A DNA stretch of 64,000 nt from an uncultured Lentisphaeria bacterium (GTDB taxonomy: Bacteria > Verrucomicrobiota > Lentisphaeria > Victivallales > Victivallaceae), in the NCBI GenBank assembly GCA_903863035.1, contig CAIPAT010000167.1, positions 1,963 to 65,962 on the forward strand, written 5' to 3'. Below the pieces are notes generated by a model. It was not told the origin of the DNA and did not search any database. It saw only the letters and a list, made by a program, of their open reading frames with translations. Position 1 is the first letter of the stretch; every line of letters begins with the position of its first letter. Made by a program: the position numbers and the translations under genes. This document shows, in pieces, positions 19,112-28,443 of this stretch.

Positions 19112-19576
19112 CTACTTCTTCAAAATCTTATCCAGATCAAGGAACAAATTGTCCAGCGCTTCTTTCATCTCTTCAAAACAGGCGCGGTATATTTCTTTAT
19201 CGCCACCGAACGGGTCATTAACATTCAGGCCCTTGACCCGGCTGCTGAAATCCATCAGCAGAAACGTTTTATTCAACACCTCCGGCAGCATTGCCACGAT
19301 ATGCATGCGATGGGCCGATGTCATCGTAACGACCAAATCAGCATCTTTAAGCAAATCCGCTGTAAGCATCGAACTGGAAAACCCGGAAAGGTCAATTTCA
19401 TGTTCTTTCATTACGGCGGCTGATTGCTCCGATGGTCCGGCGCCGTCAAGCGCGCATATCCCGGCTGAACTGACTGCTATGTCATCGCGCCCTGCAGACT
19501 TGCACAGCTTGCGAAAATAGCCTTCACACATCGGGCTCCTGCAGGTGTTCCCTGTACAGATAAATAAAATTTTCAT
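19112..19576 (-). CDS. Low-molecular-weight protein phosphatase (tyrosine/arginine phosphatase, YwlE-like)
   Basis: MKILFICTGNTCRSPMCEGYF contains the CX5R(S/T) P-loop, and there is a C-terminal DP motif (VNDPFGG). I chose the ATG at 19576 rather than the longer ORF-track start at 19642. Confidence 0.85.
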   Translation of the reverse strand: MKILFICTGNTCRSPMCEGYFRKLCKSAGRDDIAVSSAGICALDGAGPSEQSAAVMKEHEIDLSGFSSSMLTADLLKDADLVVTMTSAHRMHIVAMLPEVLNKTFLLMDFSSRVKGLNVNDPFGGDKEIYRACFEEMKEALDNLFLDLDKILKK

Positions 19577-19743
19577 ACCAATACCTGCAACTCCTTTCCG
19601 GAAACACCGGATCTGTCGCGGAACGGGAATTTTCAAAACCATCCGGCAAACCTTATTGCACTATCAACTCATTACGGATATTGTAAAAGATGTATTATAG
19701 CATTATAAATGAATAAATAAATCAAAAATATACGAAAAATTCA

Positions 19744-20388
19744 ATGATGGAACATAAAAAAGATAGTCCTTCGATAAAATTCCTGACTTCGGAATATATC
19801 TGTCTGGAGTCAGTGGCAGACCTCGCTAAATGGTCGCGGATTGAGCTGGATCTGGGGTGTGGTAAAGGCAATTTCGCCGTCGGGCTGGCGCATCGCCATC
19901 CTGAAACGCTGGTTCTGGCCGCTGACCTGCTGGTCGGCAGAATGCGTAAACTGCATAAACGTATCGAACGTGAAAAAGTGACAAATGTACTGTTGCTGCG
20001 AGTCGAAGCCAGAAACCTGCTCGGCTACATGCTGCCGGACCAGTCGCTGGACCGCATCCATATTCTCTGTCCGGATCCATGGCCCAAAGCCAAGCACCGC
20101 GGCAACCGTCTGCTTTGTTCCGATTTTATGACTCATCTTCACCGTGTGCTTAAAACCGGTGGACAGTTTCATTTCTCCACCGACGATGTCTCATATTTCA
20201 ACATCATGTATAATGTTGTCGAAAAATCCGGACTGTTCGATGAAAACAATGCACTGCTGGTTGAAACCAGCGATATCAAAACTGATTTTGAAAAACGCTG
20301 GAATGCGCAGGGCAAGGAAGTGAACCATATTCTCTGGGTCAGCCGCGCCCGGGCAGACGTTGAACACTCAATGCCGTCCGGACATTAA
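19744..20388 (+). CDS. trmB: tRNA (guanine46-N7)-methyltransferase
   Basis: 214 aa. It has the DLGCGKGNF SAM motif and HILCPDPWPKAKHRGNRL, the TrmB signature. Confidence 0.85.
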   Translation: MMEHKKDSPSIKFLTSEYICLESVADLAKWSRIELDLGCGKGNFAVGLAHRHPETLVLAADLLVGRMRKLHKRIEREKVTNVLLLRVEARNLLGYMLPDQSLDRIHILCPDPWPKAKHRGNRLLCSDFMTHLHRVLKTGGQFHFSTDDVSYFNIMYNVVEKSGLFDENNALLVETSDIKTDFEKRWNAQGKEVNHILWVSRARADVEHSMPSGH

Positions 20389-21026
20389 GCTTGCGCTGCC
20401 GGTTCGACAGTTACCGGTTCTGCTTCCGGCATAACTGCCGGATGTGCCAGGTCATCATAGAATTTGGCGAAACTGGTAAACATATATGGAGCCAGCCATA
20501 AAAAGCCAATTCCAAAAGTCAGGATGCATAATAAAGCCCAGCCAATAAAACGCAGATTCAAACAGAATAATTTCCACTTATTGCCGCACATCATTTCCTT
20601 GCTCTTGCGGATTGCATCCAAAGGACCGATATTGGCGTCTTCTGCAATAATGTAAAAAATCTGAGAATAAGCATAGGCGGCAATGATCCCGGGGATTATC
20701 AGCAGGAGAGACCATAGCAGCACGAATAATAACATTAACAAATAAGCGCCGAGAGCAACACCGAATTTCTGGAATCCTTCGAAAACCTGGGGCAGCCGCG
20801 GATTTTGATTTCTGGATATGGCCAGCGCAAAAATGGCCATCCCTACCGACATTGGGCCGCCAATGACAAGTCCCCCGATCGAGCCGACTGACGGGATCAT
20901 CTGCACGCCTGTCATAATTAATTGCACAATGACAAAAGTTACTATCGCCAGTCCCCATTTGCCTCGCAGTGATTCTCTCGCCTGAGCCATTAAGTCCCGG
21001 TTTGCAGTCTTTGACAGTGAATTCAT
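20385..21026 (-). CDS. DUF975 family integral membrane protein
   Basis: ARESLRGKWGLAIVTFVIVQLI...LLLIIPGIIAAYAYSQIFYIIAED...KSKEMMCGNKWKLFCLNLRFIGWALLCILTFGIGFLWLAPY matches the DUF975 pattern. I chose the ATG at 21026, which is preceded by a G-rich RBS. Confidence 0.8.
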   Translation of the reverse strand: MNSLSKTANRDLMAQARESLRGKWGLAIVTFVIVQLIMTGVQMIPSVGSIGGLVIGGPMSVGMAIFALAISRNQNPRLPQVFEGFQKFGVALGAYLLMLLFVLLWSLLLIIPGIIAAYAYSQIFYIIAEDANIGPLDAIRKSKEMMCGNKWKLFCLNLRFIGWALLCILTFGIGFLWLAPYMFTSFAKFYDDLAHPAVMPEAEPVTVEPAAQA

Positions 21027-21259
21027 TTTTCCCCTCTCCCGATGTCCGGTTGCTAAAATTTTAACAATATACACAAACGCTTGACTTGGAAACAAAACCC
21101 CTTCTTTTGGTTAAAAAATATAAACAATAAACTATTTATATCAAATGTCAAAACTATTTAATTTACAGTTTCCTTTACATTTGCTTTTTCAAATGAATGT
21201 TGCTATAGGTAGAATGTTACAAAAATAGAGTCTGTCAAAGACGGTATAAGGATCAAATA

Positions 21260-21931
21260 ATGAATAAAAAAGCTGTAGTTTTATTGAGCGGAGGTCTGGA
21301 TTCAGCGACCTGCCTGGCAATTGCCAAAAACGAAGGATTTGAATGTTATGCGCTGAGTTTCGATTACGGCCAGCGCCACGAATGCGAACTCCAGGCGGCT
21401 GAAGCTGTTGCCGCCGCCATGGGAGTAACAGATCACATCGTGATAAAAATGGATTTGCGCAAATGGGGTGGCTCCGCGCTGACTTCCGATATCGCCGTTC
21501 CGGATGCCGGCAGCACCGCCGGCATTCCCGTTACCTACGTTCCCGCCCGCAATATCATTTTCCTGTCATTCGCTACCGGATGGGCGGAAGTCATTGGTGC
21601 GAAAGACATTTTCATCGGAGTTAACTCGGTCGATTATTCCGGCTATCCGGACTGCCGTCCGCGTTTCATCGAGGCTTTTCAGGAATGCGCCACTATCGGC
21701 ACCAAAGCAGGAGACGAAGGCTGGCAGTTCCAGATCCACGCCCCGCTGCAAACTCTGAACAAGTCTGAAATCATCCGTAAAGGGATACAGCTAGGGGTTG
21801 ATTACGGACTGACACACAGTTGCTACAATCCCGGAGCTTGCGGCCTGGCCTGCGGTAAATGCGACAGTTGTCATCTCCGCCGGAAAGGATTCGAAGACGC
21901 CGGCGTTCCCGATCCGACAAAATATCAATAA
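21260..21931 (+). CDS. queC: 7-cyano-7-deazaguanine synthase
   Basis: 223 aa. It has the [16 protein letters not shown]-loop and a C-terminal Zn cluster [10 protein letters not shown]. Confidence 0.93.
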   Translation: MNKKAVVLLSGGLDSATCLAIAKNEGFECYALSFDYGQRHECELQAAEAVAAAMGVTDHIVIKMDLRKWGGSALTSDIAVPDAGSTAGIPVTYVPARNIIFLSFATGWAEVIGAKDIFIGVNSVDYSGYPDCRPRFIEAFQECATIGTKAGDEGWQFQIHAPLQTLNKSEIIRKGIQLGVDYGLTHSCYNPGACGLACGKCDSCHLRRKGFEDAGVPDPTKYQ

Positions 21932-22007
21932 CCCTTTGGACTTCTTACTCAAAAGAGTATATTGTTTCCACAAGATAAAAAATTAATATAAAAACGGAGA
22001 AGTTATC

Positions 22008-22427
22008 ATGCGTGATTGTATTTTTTGTAAAATTATTACCGGCCAGATTCCGGCGACAAAAATATATGAAGATGAACTGGTGGTTGCATTTCTGGATATT
22101 GCGCCAATTAATCCGGGACATGCCCTGGTGATTCCTAAAGAACATCATGAAAGTTGCGTAACAATTCCGGAAGAGGTTGCCGGTCGCATGTTTAAGGTTG
22201 GCAGCCGTATCGGGGTTGCGATAAAACGGGCGCTTGATTACGACGGTTTTAACCTTCATCTCGCTGATGGACAGTGTGCCGGTCAAGTCGTGATGCACGG
22301 ACATTTGCATGTGGTGCCGCGCGGCGCACAGGACGGATTTCACTGGAACTGGCGGCAGAAAAAATATGACAACGACACCGAGCGTCAGGAAGTTGCCGAT
22401 AAAGTCATTGCCAAATTGAAAGTGTAG
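22008..22427 (+). CDS. HIT (histidine triad) family protein
   Basis: 139 aa. It has CIFCKII, PINPGHALVIPKEH and the histidine triad HGHLHVVPR. Confidence 0.9.
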   Translation: MRDCIFCKIITGQIPATKIYEDELVVAFLDIAPINPGHALVIPKEHHESCVTIPEEVAGRMFKVGSRIGVAIKRALDYDGFNLHLADGQCAGQVVMHGHLHVVPRGAQDGFHWNWRQKKYDNDTERQEVADKVIAKLKV

Positions 22428-22430
22428 AAA

Positions 22431-23126
22431 TTATTTCAGCGGTCTGGTGAAGACAAATCCGCTGCCATTTTTGTCGAAATTTACCAGCATTACCGCCAGC
22501 GGTTTCGTTTTCATGAAGATATCGCCGGTGCTTTCGCGTTGATTACCAGTTCTTTTAACGGTTGCTGTCCAGCCTTCATGGCTTATTTTTCCGGTAATTT
22601 CCTCCAACCCTATGGATGGAGTTACTCCGGTTTTGAATTCCCCGTAATAAGCGTTGCGTTTTGAAAAATACATATACTTTACCGGGGTGCTGTCGCCGGG
22701 CAGCGGCAGACAGGCGGGCCAGGTGAAATTTACCGGAAATTTAGATGGAACGGTCATGGAAAACTGGATTATCGGCGAATTTGCGCCAAGCAGTATCAGC
22801 AACAGCCGTTTTTCGCTGCCGTCTTCCTGTTTGATCGTGACCAGCATTGAGTTTGAATTAGTGGCGAACTTCGCGTTCGGAAACAGCTTTACAAGCAATG
22901 CCGCCAAGTCTTCGGCATTCATATCAATCATCCCGATATTGAGTTCCAGCTTCACATCGTTAATGGTAACCGGTTCGCTCCAGACAATTTTCGGGTTAAG
23001 CGCCGTTTCCGCATCGCCGGTTTTATTTTTGCCGGCATTCGGCCAGAGCGAGAAGACTTCGCTGTTTCCCGGGACGGTTAGCGCGAGCAGCGCAATCAGC
23101 AACAGATGTTTTATATAATTTCTCAT
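22431..23126 (-). CDS. Secreted hypothetical protein
   Basis: 231 aa. It has a signal-like N-terminus MRNYIKHLLLIALLALTVPGNS. A 4-nt overlap with the upstream SDR gene suggests co-translation. Confidence 0.55.
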   Translation of the reverse strand: MRNYIKHLLLIALLALTVPGNSEVFSLWPNAGKNKTGDAETALNPKIVWSEPVTINDVKLELNIGMIDMNAEDLAALLVKLFPNAKFATNSNSMLVTIKQEDGSEKRLLLILLGANSPIIQFSMTVPSKFPVNFTWPACLPLPGDSTPVKYMYFSKRNAYYGEFKTGVTPSIGLEEITGKISHEGWTATVKRTGNQRESTGDIFMKTKPLAVMLVNFDKNGSGFVFTRPLK

Positions 23127-23875
23127 TTATCCAGATTCCATATACGGATGCTTAAACGGTCGTAAATCCCGGGAAAAATCTTCAGCATCGGTACAGCTAT
23201 ACGGTTCCAGCCGGGGTAAATCAGGCTGCGGCTGTTTTTCCGCCATGCTTTGAACAGCGCCGAGGCGAAGACGTCCGGGGAACCGCCGCCGGGAGTGTGC
23301 GGCGGCTGACGGTTGCCGAACGAACGGCTGGAAAATCCGGTGTCGATTCTGCCGGGGGCGACGTCAATAACTTTTATGCCGTAACGTTTTACTTCCGGGC
23401 GGATCGTATTTGAAAACGCGGTTACTGCCGATTTAGTGGCACAGTAAGCTCCCATGCATGGAACGTAAAGGTCTGCGGCGATAGACGATACGTTCATCAC
23501 GGTCCCTTTCGATTCTTTCAACAGCGGAAGAAACATTACTGTCATGGCGTTCAGCGCAAAAAAGTTCAGTTCAAAAATGTCCCGCAAATCATGTTCTGAA
23601 AGATCCTCCCAGGTGGAGTAGCCGCCTTTGCCGGCATTGTTGATCAACACATCAGTCCGTCCGAATTTTTCCGTCGTCTGTTTCAGCACTTTCTCGCGGT
23701 CTTCCGGTTTGGTGATGTCGGCTTCAATCCAGATGTCCGGCTCAAAGTCAGGTCTGGAGCGGGAAATGCCGACGACTTTGATGCCGTGCTGCATGAATTT
23801 AGCCGCCGCGGCTTTGCCAAGACCGCTTGATACTCCGGTGATAACGGCTACTACCGCCTGGTTTTTATCAATCAT
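23123..23875 (-). CDS. Short-chain dehydrogenase/reductase (SDR) family oxidoreductase
   Basis: 250 aa. It has the ITGVSSGLGKA (TGxxxGxG) motif, NNAG, and the YCATK catalytic Y-x3-K. Confidence 0.9.
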   Translation of the reverse strand: MIDKNQAVVAVITGVSSGLGKAAAAKFMQHGIKVVGISRSRPDFEPDIWIEADITKPEDREKVLKQTTEKFGRTDVLINNAGKGGYSTWEDLSEHDLRDIFELNFFALNAMTVMFLPLLKESKGTVMNVSSIAADLYVPCMGAYCATKSAVTAFSNTIRPEVKRYGIKVIDVAPGRIDTGFSSRSFGNRQPPHTPGGGSPDVFASALFKAWRKNSRSLIYPGWNRIAVPMLKIFPGIYDRLSIRIWNLDK

Positions 23876-24758
23876 TTGCTTTTAATCCATTCCCGGTAAT
23901 GGAAATACCGGCATAACTTACGCAATGCGAAAAGTCCCCTGTGAGATCGCCGGAAGTAGTGTAATCAACTAGTTCCGCCTGTAGTTTTTCACCGTTGGCG
24001 ATGGCCAGGCGGACAGCGGCCAGCAGAATGCGGATCGGTCCGGCACCGCAGATTGTCGCCCCGGTTCGGTTGACATAATGATTAAAGCCGTCAAGATCAA
24101 ACTTGAGGATATGGTTTACAGCGCCCATATCCAGTTCATGCAGATTTTTTTTGACGTCGCTTACGAACGGCTCATAGCTGAAAGCTTTGCCGTAATGCGT
24201 AAAGTCGGAACTGATCACCCACAGCGTTTCTTTATTCCAGAACTGCTCCAGCGCCAGCGCCACATGTCCGGCGGTCACGACATCAATAAAACCGGCGATT
24301 ATCGGGATTATTTGCATTTCCGGATTCAGTTCGTGCAGCAGCGGCAGTTCAACTTCCAGCGAATGTTCATAGTCATGCGTTTCGGATAAGTTCTGGATAT
24401 ACTGAGATTCATTTCCCAAAATTGCGGCGACGGCTGCCGCGTCAACTTTCATGCTGCCCAGCGGTGTGCTGTAAGCGGAGTAATCAGCGGTGGCGATCCC
24501 GCGGAAAGGCACCCGGTGGGAAGGCGCGATTATCAATGCACGGGAAAATCTGCCGGCGTCTGCGCGCAACAAGGTTTTAATCGCCGTAAGGGCGGAATAT
24601 TCGTATCCGGCGTGAGGCAAAATCACCGCTCTGGCACCTTTCGCCGGAATAACGTCAGGAACCTTTTTGATAAAAGCGGCGACCTGGTTGGCAAGCATTT
24701 CCGGATTGCTGGTGTAGAACCTGCCGGCGGCAAAAGTTTTTCTCACTTCCTGTTCCAT
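23868..24758 (-). CDS. Memo-family protein (AmmeMemoRadiSam system protein B homologue), stand-alone
   Basis: 296 aa. It has AGRFY, ILPHAGYEYS, APSH, EHSLEVELPLL and SSDFTHYG, which are Memo motifs. Confidence 0.85.
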   Translation of the reverse strand: MEQEVRKTFAAGRFYTSNPEMLANQVAAFIKKVPDVIPAKGARAVILPHAGYEYSALTAIKTLLRADAGRFSRALIIAPSHRVPFRGIATADYSAYSTPLGSMKVDAAAVAAILGNESQYIQNLSETHDYEHSLEVELPLLHELNPEMQIIPIIAGFIDVVTAGHVALALEQFWNKETLWVISSDFTHYGKAFSYEPFVSDVKKNLHELDMGAVNHILKFDLDGFNHYVNRTGATICGAGPIRILLAAVRLAIANGEKLQAELVDYTTSGDLTGDFSHCVSYAGISITGNGLKAND

Positions 24759-24795
24759 GATTTCCCCTCCTTTGTTGCCTTTTCAACCGCGCCCC

Positions 24796-25872
24796 TCAAC
24801 GCGGTTGATACAGTTTTTTGGCGATCTCCAGCAGTTTGTTGATCTGTTCATCGGTTCCGATGCTGATCCTTACATACCTGCCGGTAGTCTTTCCCGGAAA
24901 ATAACGGGTCACTATCTGATTATCCCGCAGCACATCAAAAAAGTTCTTGCCTTCGTTGTCCGGAGGCGCTGCAAAAACAAAATTAGCATCGGATTCAACG
25001 ATTTCAAATCCCAGCGCCGCCAGCTTTTTGACAAGCCGTTTACGGGTATTCAGGATTTTGGCAACAGTTTCCGCCAGGTATTCACGGTCCAGCAATGCTG
25101 CTTTTACCGCCGCCTGAGTCAGCATACTGACGTTATATGAATCCTTGACTTTCATCATGCCGCCAATGATTTTCGCCGATGCCAGGGCATAGCCGAAGCG
25201 GATTCCCGCCAGCGAGTAGCTTTTGGACATCGTTCTGGAAATGATCACATTATCAAAGCATTTCACAAAATCCGCACAGTTATCCCCGGCAAAGTCGGCG
25301 TATGCTTCGTCAATCAGGACGATTCCGTCAAAATTTTCACAAATCTTTGCCACCTGTTTCAGCGGATAGGAACATCCGGTGGGCGAATTCGGACGGGCGA
25401 TCAGCAGCAGATTGGCTCCTTCAGCTTTCTTTACCGCGTTTGTCGGCAGCGAAAAGTCTTTTTTCAGGTGGATCTTGATGCATTTTGCGCCTTGCATCCG
25501 CGCTAGAACATTGTACAGCGAATATGTCGGGTCAAAACACGCGGCGATTCGCTCGTTGTCGGTGAAACACCTGATTGCCATAGTCAGAATGTCATCGGAA
25601 CCGTTACCGGCAATGACATTTTCCCGCTTTACGCCATGCAGTTCGGCCACTACATCGCGAATGCTGTCACACATCGGATCAGGATACAGCCGGAGGTGAT
25701 TCAACTCAAAATTCCGGATTGCCTCAATCACTTTCGGCGATGGCGGATACGGATTTTCATTGGTGTTTAGCTTGATCAGGTTCAGCATTTTCGGCTGTTC
25801 CCCCGGCGTATAACCATTCATTTCGTCAATATCCAGACGGAAATAGGATTTTTTATTTACTCTGATTTTCAT
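24796..25872 (-). CDS. hisC: Histidinol-phosphate aminotransferase
   Basis: 358 aa. It has LNTNENPYPPSP and the RTMSKSYSLAGIRFGY PLP-lysine block. Confidence 0.9.
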   Translation of the reverse strand: MKIRVNKKSYFRLDIDEMNGYTPGEQPKMLNLIKLNTNENPYPPSPKVIEAIRNFELNHLRLYPDPMCDSIRDVVAELHGVKRENVIAGNGSDDILTMAIRCFTDNERIAACFDPTYSLYNVLARMQGAKCIKIHLKKDFSLPTNAVKKAEGANLLLIARPNSPTGCSYPLKQVAKICENFDGIVLIDEAYADFAGDNCADFVKCFDNVIISRTMSKSYSLAGIRFGYALASAKIIGGMMKVKDSYNVSMLTQAAVKAALLDREYLAETVAKILNTRKRLVKKLAALGFEIVESDANFVFAAPPDNEGKNFFDVLRDNQIVTRYFPGKTTGRYVRISIGTDEQINKLLEIAKKLYQPR

Positions 25873-26196
25873 TAATTTTACCTTTCAATATATAGTAATT
25901 TGTTACTTTTACCGGCTTCGTTGTCTCTTTGCGCCCTCAAGCGAAATATTCAATTTTTTTCGCACAAAGCACAAAGGCACAAGGGAATCCTTTTTTACCA
26001 CGAAAAAACACGAAATAGGAACAAAAACCGGAGTCAGCGGATGAATGCGGTTACGCCGCATGCATTCACTGACTGCATGTATTTTCTTCATTACCTTTCA
26101 TGGTGAAACGGTTTTTCTTATCCTGTCTATCCTGTCTATCCCTGTTAAAATACAAATTTGTGTCTTTGTGCCTTTGCGCGAGAAATTTTTCCTGTT

Positions 26197-27492
26197 TTAG
26201 CGTTGTTTGATCCTGATGGATGCGCTGTTGCCGTGTGCGTCGAGTCCTTCCATCCGGGCAAAACATTCCACGGCTTTGACTTCTTTCTTCAGCGCGGCTT
26301 TCGAATACTGAATGATGCTGGAACGGCGGAAGAAACCTTCAACCGACAGTCCGCTGAAATATTTCGCGCTGCCGGCGGTCGGCAGCACATGGCTCGGGCC
26401 GGCGCAGAAATCGCCGATCGGTTCCGGTGTCCAGGGGCCGAGAAAGATCGCTCCGGCGGCCTTGATTTTAGCGGCGACTTTGGCGGCGTTACGGCACATT
26501 ATTTCCAGATGTTCCGGCGCATAACGTCCGGCGATTTCCACCGCCTGATTAATGTCTTTTACCTCAATCAGGAAAACCCCGCTTTTCAATACTTTGTCAA
26601 CTGCATCGGAACGGCTCAGCAAAGCCTTTTGACGCATGACGGCCTGCTCAACTTTGACGATAAGCGCGGCGGCGGTACAGAGCAGCACGGCCTGTTCCAG
26701 TCCGCTGCCATGTTCAGCTTGCGACAGCAGATCGGCGGCAATAAATTCCGGATTGCAGCTGTCGTCGGCAATGACCATGATTTCCGAGGGGCCGGCAACC
26801 ATATCCAGCGCGACTTCGCCGTAAACCAGTTTCTTCGCCGCAGTCACATAGGCATTGCCGGGACCGACGATTTTTTCAACCTTGCGAATGGTTTCCGTAC
26901 CGTAGGCCATGGCGGCAATGCCGTAAACTCCGCCAAGACGGTAAATTTCATTGATCCCGACCTGGCTCATGGCGTAGAGCACGGCGGGGTGTACTTTGCC
27001 GTCTTTACCGGCAGGAGTGACGGCGACAATCTCCTTGACCCCGGCGGCTTTGGCAATACCCGCCGTATGAATTACGGTTGAAACCAGCGGCGCGGTGCCG
27101 CCGGGAATATATACCCCTACGCGATCCATCGGTTGAAAGCGTTCACCGACAGTCACGCCTGGACGCGGTGAATGGCTCCAGGCTTTCGGAATGCGCAGTT
27201 TGGCAAATGTCTTGATGTTGGCCAGCGCAGTTTTGACGGCGGCTTTCTCTGTCGCTCCGACGCAGGCCGCCGCAACCTTGATTTCAGCTTGCGAGACTTG
27301 GAATTCAGCAGGCTTCAGGTCGGCATGATCAAATTTCTTTGCATATTTAACAATTGCGGCGTTGCCGTTATGCTTGACGTCAGCCAGAATTTCACGGACG
27401 GATTGCTCTATTTCCGGCGGATAGGACGGGCGGCAGTAAAGCGCCTGCAGCGCCTCTTCAAAATTTTTCTGTTTGAAACTGATCTTGATCAT
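26197..27492 (-). CDS. hisD: Histidinol dehydrogenase
   Basis: 431 aa. It has YIPGGTAPLVSTV, SQAEHG and GDF.AGPSHVLPT. Confidence 0.95.
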   Translation of the reverse strand: MIKISFKQKNFEEALQALYCRPSYPPEIEQSVREILADVKHNGNAAIVKYAKKFDHADLKPAEFQVSQAEIKVAAACVGATEKAAVKTALANIKTFAKLRIPKAWSHSPRPGVTVGERFQPMDRVGVYIPGGTAPLVSTVIHTAGIAKAAGVKEIVAVTPAGKDGKVHPAVLYAMSQVGINEIYRLGGVYGIAAMAYGTETIRKVEKIVGPGNAYVTAAKKLVYGEVALDMVAGPSEIMVIADDSCNPEFIAADLLSQAEHGSGLEQAVLLCTAAALIVKVEQAVMRQKALLSRSDAVDKVLKSGVFLIEVKDINQAVEIAGRYAPEHLEIMCRNAAKVAAKIKAAGAIFLGPWTPEPIGDFCAGPSHVLPTAGSAKYFSGLSVEGFFRRSSIIQYSKAALKKEVKAVECFARMEGLDAHGNSASIRIKQR

Positions 27493-27508
27493 ATTCTAAA
27501 TCCTTTCT

Positions 27509-28357
27509 TCAGTCCAGATTAATAAGTGCATTGTCAATCAGGCGGGTTACGCCGAAATAAGCGGCGATGGCGATCAGCAGACAACGGGTTGACTCCGACA
27601 CGGACTCCAGATTGTCCGCGTCCAGAACTTCAATATAATCAACTCTGCCGCCCCCGGCGGTAATTTTTACCGCGATGCTTTCTGCAAGACCGCACAGAGC
27701 TTTTCTGCCGTCAGTCTTAATTCCCGCTTCCGCCTCGCGGAGCGATGCGGATATTACCAGCGCGCGAGTTCTATCATCCGCGCTTAAATATTTATTTCTG
27801 GAAGACATTGCCAGTCCGTCTGCTTCCCTGACAATTGGCGCGATAACGACTTCCACCGGTAAATTCAAGTCCCGAACCATGCGTTTGATCACCATTGCCT
27901 GCTGTGCGTCCTTCTGCCCGAATATCGCAATATCCGGCAGCGTCGCATTGAACAACTTCGCCACGACTGTAGTGACTCCGCGGAAGTGAGTCGGGCGGCT
28001 TTGTCCGCAAAGTCCCTGCGACATTTTTTCCTCCGAAACCCAGGTGCTGCGGTCGGAACAATACATTTCCTCCGGCTCCGGAGCGAAAACCGCATCGACA
28101 CCGCGTTTTTCGCACAAACTCCAGTCCCGGTCGAAATCTCTGGGATATTTTGCCAGATCTTCATTCGGGCCGAACTGTGTCGGGTTGACGAAAATCGTCA
28201 CAATGACGATGTCCGCCAGTTTGTGTGCCTGGTCTATCAGCGACATATGGCCTTCATGGAGATAACCCATCGTCGGCACCACTCCGATTTTTTGTCTATG
28301 GTGCGAGGCGGATTTTGAGAACTGCTGCATTTCCGCGATAGTTTTAATCAGCTTCAT
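27509..28357 (-). CDS. panC: Pantoate-beta-alanine ligase
   Basis: It has VPTMGYLHEGHMSL and FGQKDAQQ. I prefer the ATG at 28357 (AGGAG about 9 nt upstream) over the GTG at 28363 used in the ORF track. Confidence 0.92.
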   Translation of the reverse strand: MKLIKTIAEMQQFSKSASHHRQKIGVVPTMGYLHEGHMSLIDQAHKLADIVIVTIFVNPTQFGPNEDLAKYPRDFDRDWSLCEKRGVDAVFAPEPEEMYCSDRSTWVSEEKMSQGLCGQSRPTHFRGVTTVVAKLFNATLPDIAIFGQKDAQQAMVIKRMVRDLNLPVEVVIAPIVREADGLAMSSRNKYLSADDRTRALVISASLREAEAGIKTDGRKALCGLAESIAVKITAGGGRVDYIEVLDADNLESVSESTRCLLIAIAAYFGVTRLIDNALINLD

Positions 28358-28443
28358 AAACACAGACTCCTTTAAAATAAAACAGGGCCGGAGCGGTTAA
28401 CTCAGGCCCGGTTGTGATACATGCAAATCCTGAATTTACGCTT

